NCBI RefSeq assembly: GCF_000181795.1 | Contig: NW_003526941.1 | Span: forward strand, 5,991,008-6,055,007 | Origin: Trichinella spiralis | Taxonomy: Eukaryota | Direction: 5' to 3' | DNA: 64,000 nt | Shown here: in pieces, positions 54,493 through 64,000 of the stretch | Position numbering within the stretch: the stretch's first letter is position 1 | How the letters are laid out: each line of letters opens with the position of its first letter | The notes under the pieces: model-generated | The model's database searches: none | Told to the model about the DNA's origin: nothing | The model's input: the letters and a program-made list of their open reading frames with translations, nothing else | Translations under genes and position numbers: made by a program

Positions 54493-57117
54493 CAGCTATT
54501 TGTCTTCGAAGCTTCGTTGTTCATTTTTTTTTCTGCTGTATTTTCTCTCTCTCTCCAACAAAACACCATCCCCCTCTTTCTCTTTCTTGAACTTATTTTC
54601 TTTTTTCTTTTCATTTCATTTTTTGATCTGATAACAACAGGAAGTAATTTGAAATTTTTGTCTCTTGGAATGGTATTTCAAATTATTTTTTCTATAAAAT
54701 AATTTTTGAAAGCCATTTTCTGAATGTGTAGGTAATGATAATAATAATTATTATTATTATTATCATTTTTTGGCAGAATTGCCATCCTGGCGCTGCTGCT
54801 ACTGCTACTATTACTACTACTGCGTAAACGCTCTCTCCCTTTCTGCACGTTTGTTGTAGTTTACTGTTTGTTTCCTTATGCACATTGAAGCGCTCTGGAA
54901 AGCGATTATGATAGAAGAAAAAAGAAATACGGTACTGATCGGTTGACGACAACACACTAGGCGCGGCATTCGTTGTACAGTGTGGATCGTATCTACTACA
55001 TCCCATCCCACTCCTCATCTCTTTGCAAGCAGTTGTTCTGTCAAATTTTTTTTTATTGAACACTGTTTTCCACTTTTGTTTTATTTACCATTTTTTTCAT
55101 TTTTTAAAACTCATATTTGCTTATTATTTACTTTTTTTCAATTTCACTGATTTAGGCAGGCTTTTCAGCCGAGATTGGTTTGGCTGAAGATCAATTCTCT
55201 GGACATTTTGCCCAAAAAATTTAATTTTTTTTAAAAGGTAAAATAAAAAAGAGATTTTTCATTTGAAGTTTATTTTCAGTTTGGCTTCTCGCAACTTTAG
55301 TAGCAGTATGGTAATTTTCTTTTTGTATTGTTTTGCTCGTGAAATCCTTGGGCAGATTTTTTGTTTTTTTTTCTTTTGAAATACACGTCAAATCAAAGTA
55401 CACTGCGCACAGTAAGCAGTAATCAGTTGCAGACGTTTTGTTAATTTTAAATTAATTTGTGACTGTTTTCTTTTTTTTTAAACATTTTGTACGATAATGG
55501 TCGTTTTTCAGAAATTCATTAGCAGATCTTGATCTTGATCTTAATTTTAAAGCATCACTTTTTGAAATGATGAGTTTGAAGTCAGTTTTTGGAAAAGGGA
55601 AAAATCGACGAAATGGCAGTAAAAACAGCAACAGCAGCAGCAGCAGCAGCAGCAGGTATTTATTTAATCAAATGTGCTCTTTTCTCTTGTTGTTGCTAGT
55701 GTTGCTTGAAAAATGCATTTTCCACTTAATATACATATATAACGTTTCTCATGTTGAGTAATTCTCTAAGGACAGTCGGTATGTTCAGAGCTTTATATTC
55801 CAGTAGAAATGACCGTATAATTTTATTTTTCATCAGTATCTGGTTTTATACTGGTATTTATTAATTAGGTTTTAGTTCAGTTGTTTGATTTATGCATCAT
55901 TATGAATTTAACGGTTTTTTGTTTTCAATTCGTGAGCTTGCTAAAAGTGTTTACATATTTGCAAGATGAAGTGTTTAATAACTTGTTCAGTGGCAAAAAA
56001 AACCAGCTCGATGGTAAATCTCTTTTGTACATTCACAATAAGCACTGCAGTAAATAAATTGAAAATTGAAAACATTTAGCTTTTCAATGAATCATTTCAT
56101 ATGCAATTAGCAATACACGATACTTGCTTTTCAAATGACGTCACGGTTTCAAATGGAAAAGTAATTATTTTCAATTATATAAACCGTATCATGTAATGTC
56201 CTGTTTTTAATAATTGAAAAATTTTTTTCAAATCCTACCAATAGCAGCAAATGATAAATATTTGCAAGCGCATCGTTGTGAATGAATTTCACATGTATGA
56301 ATAATAACTTTCAGTTGATGGATAATATGATGTTCACAAAATGAAAACTTTTATTTCTCGTGTTATTTCTGTTCAATTTTTGTATCTGTTCAGCAGCAAG
56401 CATGCTAATTTGAAAAATAACATTTCGATCATTTGAAAGTGAATTATTACGTTATTGAAAAGTGATAAATTGCAGGGTAGACTTTTTTTTCATGGAACAA
56501 CAAATTTCCAAAATTGAAAGCAATTTAAATGTAAACAAGATAATGTCCGGAAACGGTAATCAACACGTATAACAAACAATCATTTTCTCGTGTACATTTG
56601 TGCAGTTGCATGATTTACAATTCGGACAGAGCATTTCCGAAGGGACTTTTGTTTAATTCGAACGTTAGTTATTCATAAAGGGTTTTTTTTTGCTTTCACA
56701 AATCCATGAATAATACTATGTTTTTTCAACAGCATATTTTGATCTTCGATCAAAATTGTAATCAGAAATTTGCATTCACAGTACGACTGACTGATATTGT
56801 TGATTTTTTATTTGAAAATTATTCTGCTGATTTTGTCTGTGTGGTGCGTGAAAGTGGGTGGTGATCCGTGAACATGACAAAATTTCCGCTCCTGCCATTC
56901 CCGCTTTTTGCTGACGTTTCCAAAGACAGGATTTTCCCCATCACGTCAGCTTAAATTGGAACACAATGAGCTGTCAAAAGTGGCATCGCAAGCGTCCTCT
57001 GACGTACGGTACATTTTTATGGGGTTGACTGAAGCGTTGGACATACTTTAAGGCCGTGCTTGGCTGGCCGAAAAGCATTCTATTTTCCTTTCCAGCAACA
57101 TCCTCAATCTGTGGTCA

Positions 57118-60100
57118 ATGGTGGATAAGGTCCGTTCTCCCAACGAAGTCAAGGACAAAGAGAAATGGGCGTCCAAGACTGAATTTATGCTCTCATGTCT
57201 CGGCTTTGCCGTTGGCTTGGGCAACATATGGCGTTTTCCGTATTTGTGCGGCCGAAATGGCGGAGGTCGTCCAATTTGCATTTTATCTGCATAAATGAAA
57301 AAAATTAAATTCTTTTTTTACAGCTGCCTTTCTGTTAATTTTCATAATATTCATCATCTTTGGCGGTGTGCCGATGGCGCTGTTGGAACTTGGCTTGGGC
57401 CAGTATTCATCTTTGGCGTCACATCAACTGTTTGAAGCTTTTTGTCCTCTATTTTCAGGTATTGTAAGCTAACAAAAAGCGCATAATACTAATAATATTC
57501 AAATTTCTCTCTTCCTGTCGTGCATGTATTTCCAGGTCTTGGCTACGTGATGATTTTAACTTCATTTCTGACATCACTGTATTACAATGTTGTTATTGCT
57601 TGGGCAATTTATTATTTTGCCGCATCATTTTCCAGTCAGCTACCTTGGAAAACTTGCAATAATCCGTGGAATACTATAGGTTCGTGTGACTTTGACTTTT
57701 GCCTTTTGTACAGTTTAATTTTTAAGTGATATTTCTAGCTTGTTACGATAAATCGATGGATGAATTTTGTACGCAACTGAATCTTACCTATTGGAAGGGT
57801 CAGTGTTGGAATAATACCGCTGATCATGAGCAACAATTCGATGCAGTGGTCAACTGGTCAGAACGAACAAATCCAGCGCAAGAATACTTTGAGTTGGTTT
57901 CCGTATTGTTTTCAGTGTTCTTTCGCTTTATTTGAATAATTTTCTCTTAGCAACAATGTATTACATCTGAGCAAAGGTATCGATCATTTGGGTGGTCTGA
58001 GCTTAGAGTTGTCGATGTGCTTGCTGGCAGCTTGGGTTTTAGTATTTGCAATCTTGATCAAAGGTGTTCGATCAGCTGGAAAGGTTGTTCATTTACAGTG
58101 AATATTATTGTTTTTTTGTTTGTTGCATATATTCACATGATATAGGTGATTTATTTCACCGCTACCGTGCCGTATATGCTGCTGCTGGCTTTGTTGGTAC
58201 GCGGTGCAACACTGCCGAACGCCATAGAAGGAATCAAATTTTTCATCATACCAGACTTCAGCCGCCTCGCTGATTCGGCGGTGGGTGGGATGGAATTGCA
58301 AATGTTAGTAGTTTTTATACTTGGAAACGAATTCCATTTTGAAGGTCTGGGGCGATGCAGCTGTGCAAGTGTTCTTTTCGATGAGCGTCGGAGCCGGGGG
58401 CTTGACCACACTTTCCAGTTACAACGAGCTGGATAACAACATTTTCAGGTAGGATTTCGCTTTTTTTTCCTCTTATTACTCACTAGCATATGAATAGTTG
58501 AAATTCAAAATTGTCTTCAAATTTTGAAAACAATTTTCCAATTTTTCTCTATCAATCTATACTGGTGGTATGGACGTGTGCAGAATTTGTAAAAAAATTT
58601 GTTTTTTCAAATTATTATTCTTGTTCTTGTTTATTCTATTTGACCGGAAAGTTAAACCGTGATCAAAAATTTATCAGACAAGCTTATTTATTTGACTTGC
58701 CCATTATTGAAACGTTGAGCTTGTTTGTTCTGCTTGCCAACTTTGTTTTCGGCTGTTTGATGCTGCAAAATGGGAAGGCTCATGACGCAATGCATGGTTC
58801 AGCATCAACTAATGCAACAACTTCCTTCCGGCAACACTTTCCAAATGCTATTGTTGTTGTTTGTTATTTTGTATTTATTTGTTTTTTGGTTTGGCTTTTA
58901 ATTTGACAAGCTTCTCTGATGACATCTCGTCGTCTGGTATCGTCGAAAAAGCAAAACAGAAAAAAACAAAGCGATAGAAAATGCAGTACCTTTTTTTTGT
59001 TGATCAGATAAAATTATACCAAACATAATAATTAAATTTGACGAATTGTATTCGATTATCGAGGGGATGCATTTTAAGAATTGAAACGAAATTATTATTA
59101 CATTAAATGAAACATTTTTATATAATTGGCATATTTAATAAAAAATATTATTATTATTATCAATTTTATGTGCTTGTATTTTTTTCATTAATATAATAAA
59201 TTAAGTTTTATTCTTTTCAAACATTGTTGAACTTTAGTTTTTCTTCCATTTTTTATTCTATTTTCAGGGATACTTTTGTAATTACGCTTGGCAACATATT
59301 TACAAGCTTGCTTTCCGGCTTTGTTGTGTTCAGCATATTAGGCTTTATGGCCGGTGAATTCAGACAATCGGTCGAGTCTGTTGCAACAGCCGGTCCTGGT
59401 CTGCTGTTTGTCACTTATCCATACGCGCTGACTCATCTACCGTTGTCGCCCGTTTGGTCAGCTTTGTTTTTTTTCACCGTAATTTTGATGGGAATTGATT
59501 CACAGGTACAGATAGAATGTGTTGGATCGCTTCTTTGGATTTTAACTTTGAGACTGTTTTTTTCAGATTGTGCTCGTCGAGGTGGTAATTACCGCGTTCA
59601 AGGATCAATATCCGAAACTTCGAGAACCGAAAATTCGTGTCTGCGCAGTTGCTTGCACTTGCGCCATTTCTTATCTCATCGGGTTGTTGATGTGCACAGG
59701 AGTGATAAGATTTTTTTTTGTTTTATTCTACACTTTTCGAATAAAAATAAAAATAACAAGCTATCATTTAATGGCTGTTGAATATGATTGTAGGGTGGTG
59801 CGTATATTTTGAACTTGCTCGACACGTTTGCAGGCGGCTGGCCGCTCCTTCTGCAGTGTCTTTTGGAAGTCATAATTGTGGTATATATTTATGGTAAACA
59901 AACTGAACCTTATTTTTTTTTGTTTTGTAATTTTTATATTGTTCCATTGTTCGTTTGAAAGAGTACACAATCACTGCCTTCACTTTCAATCCTGTACAAA
60001 ATATAATATGATACTCGTCATCATATGTGACCATAAATTGAATCGACATCAGTCATTGTTATCAGTTGAACGCCGATTGTGGTAATAAGTGAAAATATTT

Positions 60101-61134
60101 TCACAGCTACCGACTGGATGTCGTTTTGATTGTTTTTCTGAACTGACGCGCAGTTCTCATGACGGGATATGTCACCAAATGGTCGAAGCACTGGTTTCAT
60201 TGTTCTGCTTGTAAGCAAATCAAACCTGTTGTTTTGACAACCAAAGCGATGAAATCGATCACAACTTTCCATCATATCTATTGCTATCTTTCTTGCGAAA
60301 CAATTTCGACTTATTCGTCAAACAAAATGTGGGCGCAGTCAATACGGTTCAGCGTACATATTGTGGCAGTTGATTGTGATTGGATCGATGGGAATTTCAC
60401 ATCACGTATCCAATGATAATATAGTTTGACAAACTCTTTTATTAAAAATAATTTTCACAAAAAATTTTTTAAAATCCCATTCTAATTATTTTCTTCTAAG
60501 ACTGTGAAAGCCAAAACGCAGAAAATTATAATACTCTGTCGTTACTGAAACCAACGTTTGTTGCAGGATTGGAAAAATATGCACATCTGTACCGATACAT
60601 GCTTGGCGAGCCTAGTAGAAAATTTTGGAAATTTCTCGGATATCCAATTAACAAATTTTACACGTTGTGCTGGGCATATCTGACACCGTTGTGTTTGGTG
60701 GTCAGCATAAATAATACTAATTATTCCAGTTCAAAATTAATCTATTATTATGCGTAATTTTATCTTCTTTAATAGGTTGTACTGGTGTTCAACTTCTCTG
60801 AATACACAATCACCAGCTACGGAAATTACATCTATCCATTGTGGGCAGAAGTTATTGGTTGGCTGATTGCATTTGGCTCTTGTCTACCGGCCGTGATTGT
60901 GGCACTTTACAAAGTAATCGTTATTGTCACCACCGGATCTAAGGTATCATTTACAAATTACATGTTCTTTGAATGGTTTTTTTCTTATTTAATAAAATTA
61001 AATTACAGGAGACGATCAAACTGCGTCTACGCAATCAGCTGACCAGTACAGAAAGGTGGGATCAGAATCGAAAGATTCTGGAAACGTCCAATGCAGACGA
61101 ATTGCAAACAGTTGAAACTAAGATGAAATTTTAA
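57118..61134 (+). CDS. SLC6 Na+/Cl- dependent amino-acid transporter (GlyT/PROT-like), about 13 exons; start uncertain
   Basis: [111 protein letters not shown]. Gly rather than Asp in TM1 (VGLGN) indicates an amino-acid rather than monoamine substrate. Confidence 0.92.
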
Positions 61135-61249
61135 TTTAATTCCATTTTTTCCATAATGCAAAAATATAAGATTACTTTCTTCTTCTTCTGACGTCACTAA
61201 ATTATGTTCATTTAAATTTTATCTTCGACGTTACAAGCAATCTATAGTA

Positions 61250-62963
61250 ACCACCCGTTCTTATAACAGCCGTAAAACTGTTAAATGTAAAATCAGTTCC
61301 TTCCTCGGAGCATTGTAAAGCGTTCGTTCTTCAGGACAGCATCATTTTCCAATCATTTGTGAAGGTAAATTCTAAAAACAACACCAAAACTGTCTATTGT
61401 TTACAACTGCTTTTATATGATTTTGCAAAGTTCAATTTCTTGTTCTTGGTCAAACTGCTTTTCTTTGCTTGTCCTTGTGCTACACACTACAGCACAAGCT
61501 TTATTAAATTTCCAAGTTCAAATAAGCCACATTTGACTTTGGACAATTTATTAAAACTTTGCAATAATATTTCATTTCCTACTAGCCAACACCGTTAGCT
61601 GTCTCTGTTATCTGAATTCAAATAGCTTCTCGGCCATTCACATGAACAATATCGGAACAATTGCGCCATCAGAAAGAAATACTGCCGACAAAATTGTGGC
61701 TGATTTATTTGCATGATTGCAGGTGATATGCAAATTTTCACTTTATGAAATTTGTATGCAAATCAGTTTCCTTGATGAGCATACGATTAATGATGAAGCA
61801 CTGGATCCTAAATAAGAAATGTAGTTTCAGGGACGATTCAATTGCCGGTAAGAAATACAAAGTTTTGTTTTATAGAAAAATATCTAAATAATCAGCGTAC
61901 ATGGCATGTAATTTTCACGCATATTTTCTATATCGTCATCAGTTGTGCAAACTTATTTAAACGTATTTTTTCAGTCATTTATGAATTACTGATTATTCAA
62001 CGTGCACTGTTTTTCTCAACGACTCAGCAGTAGCGACAAGGATAACAAGTAAATACTCTATTTCAGAATGTATTTCAAATTGATCTGTTTTAGGGGATTC
62101 AGAAATTCAGCTTGAAACAAAATAACTAACAAATCCATAAACAATTATACACAAACATTCATTTAAATCAAAGTAAAACAACAGAAAAAATGAAAAGGTA
62201 TTTAGATTAACGAAGATCAAGAAGTTTCCAATAAGCATTCATGAATCAAAAGGGTCACTGTTCCACATTCTACATACAATAAATACTTTATTAAATTTCA
62301 ATGAAATCGTAATAACGTTTAGCACTTAGTAAAGTTTAGCATAATGTTTACATACCATTACGCTATAACTGGGCAAATATGAATTTACGTCACCAAAGGC
62401 AAGTTCATATTATTCTAATTCCTCAAGCTTGACACACTTTTCAAAGGATCATATTCATAGTTATTCATAGTCTTCATAGTAATATGTGTGAAAATCATCG
62501 GTCAAGAAACGCCATAAAGTGTCCGCTTCGATATCATCGACAGTTAAGAGGTAAGTCATTTGTACAATTGTACTAACGTTCTTCGTATGAATCCCATCCT
62601 TTCATTTTGACTAATTCTTATTTAAGACGCACATTTAATTAAAGAAATTGCGTTTAAGAAATTTCAAAATTTAAGGATGCTATATGCCATAAGGAAAAAT
62701 CAGGAACAAATTTCATCTCCACCATACACTTCTCTTTGCTCGTTCATTTGAAGACTTGCCATAAATTTTCACAAACCTGTTATTTTTTCATTTCATTTCA
62801 TTTTGTATACGTCATTTCTTATCATTCCGTTCAAACTAATATCGCATTTTTCTGTCATCGCCAATTTGAGAAAAGTGGCGAAATCGTTTTTGTCGAAATA
62901 TCTACCTTTGTTAAATCGCGAATGATCACAGTGACAAATCATAAGTGTTATGGAAAGTTTCAG
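61250..62963 (-). pseudogene. Possible degraded multi-exon gene of unknown family
   Basis: An AG/GT-bounded 51-codon open segment at 62963-62811 (LKLSITLMICHCDHSRFNKGRYFDKNDFATFLKLAMTEKCDISLNGMIRND) and further protein-like fragments broken by stops and frameshifts. Confidence 0.25.
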
Positions 62964-63328
62964 CTAAAACGCAGGGTAAATTTGGAATAAATGGCCTCTA
63001 AAGTTAGGGCATTGCGCCTATATTAATACATAGGAAAGATGCACATCTATAACTTCCCCCACACGGAACTGGAATGCGTGATTTTAAGCGAACGCAACCT
63101 TTTTGACATTTGAGTAAATTTAGCATTCAAACTGTGTTACCATATGCAACATTTTACTTTTTTGGACAAATTAGAACGTTCTAGAAAGTCCCATGGCAAA
63201 CTAACACGAACTTGTTGAATAAACGGTATCTAAAATTTGCATGCACCTATCTTAATACACGGGATAGCAGCCCATTTGGAAATCTCTAGCACGGCTCCAG
63301 ATGGTTGAAGTTTGGTATAAGAAACGTT

Positions 63329-63338
63329 NNNNNNNNNN
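63329..63338. other. Assembly gap (10 N)
   Basis: Run of n characters. Confidence 0.99.
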
Positions 63339-64000
63339 ATCCATTCCTATTAATGGCAAAAATAGTATTTATTTTTGGATGGCACCTTTAAAAACGCATG
63401 GAGTAAAGGTGACATGCCAGGGTGGCAAGAGCAACAGGAATGCCAAAACGTTTCAATTATGTTGACGTACACTACTTAATTCGATAACAAGAAACATACA
63501 GGATCAGGTATAAGTAGAATTAGAAGACATTAATTATAGTAACAGATTATAGATACTCAATTACTTACAGATTTTTGTACATCTTTTCAATCCATTCAGG
63601 GAAACCTGAACCACCATTACAGAAAGATATTCAAGTTTATAGAATAGTTCCACTGCACTGACACAACCCATTGCTATAACAAAGTGCATAAAATTCATTC
63701 TTACTGTGACGATGAAGAAAACCAGAAAGCGGAACTGTTGAGACACATGACTGATCACGGTAGAAACATGAACAGAGCAATAGTCAAACTAAAAAGTACA
63801 TACTAAATAACACAGCAAAATAAAACATTGCATTACAAAATGAATGAAATTCAAATATCATCGTGATGCACTGTTATTCGGCTTCAATCACTTTTTATAA
63901 TATGGCTGTTTCTCATAAGTATCATTTCAACCGCTATCCTGAGTTCATATAAAACGCACGCAACCTAATATATAGAACAGAAATAAATAAAGTTGCATTA

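Noticed and set aside
30514..61134. Search for U12-type (minor) introns
   Set aside because: The introns I traced have ordinary GT donors (one GC) and no RTATCCTT 5' site was seen.

Overview
Eukaryotic, AT-rich, gene-dense genomic DNA with many short (about 50-70 nt) GT-AG introns. The style and proteins suggest a clade I nematode such as Trichinella; this is an inference, not a verified identification. I reconstructed about 18 spliced protein-coding genes by eye: UBL5/Hub1 (partial), SLC12A8, TXNL4A/Dim1, a Myt1/Wee1 kinase, IPMK, a Met-like tyrosine kinase, TMEM168, NAMPT, MTRFR/C12orf65, a Myb C-terminal-domain protein, RPL12, TAF11, XRN1, a small PAGR1/PA1-like gene missed by the ORF track, CLUAP1/DYF-3 (with an RFX X-box), a rhodopsin-like 7TM receptor, WDR26 and an SLC6 amino-acid transporter. 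A degraded gene-like region and an assembly gap lie near the end. No rRNA, tRNA, CRISPR array or recognisable transposon was seen. Most interesting observations: (1) a Myb protein that keeps the C-terminal MuvB-binding region but has no visible DNA-binding repeats, with a DSGxxS degron and an E2F/CHR-like promoter element; (2) a probable CUG-initiated N-terminal extension of WDR26 carrying an NLS-like motif; (3) a Met-family kinase with no ectodomain and an MGC N-terminus; (4) an 86-aa PAGR1-like protein ending a putative RPL12-TAF11-XRN1 operon; (5) an intron-rich NAMPT. Exon boundaries are manual and homology calls come from recalled motifs; no searches were run.
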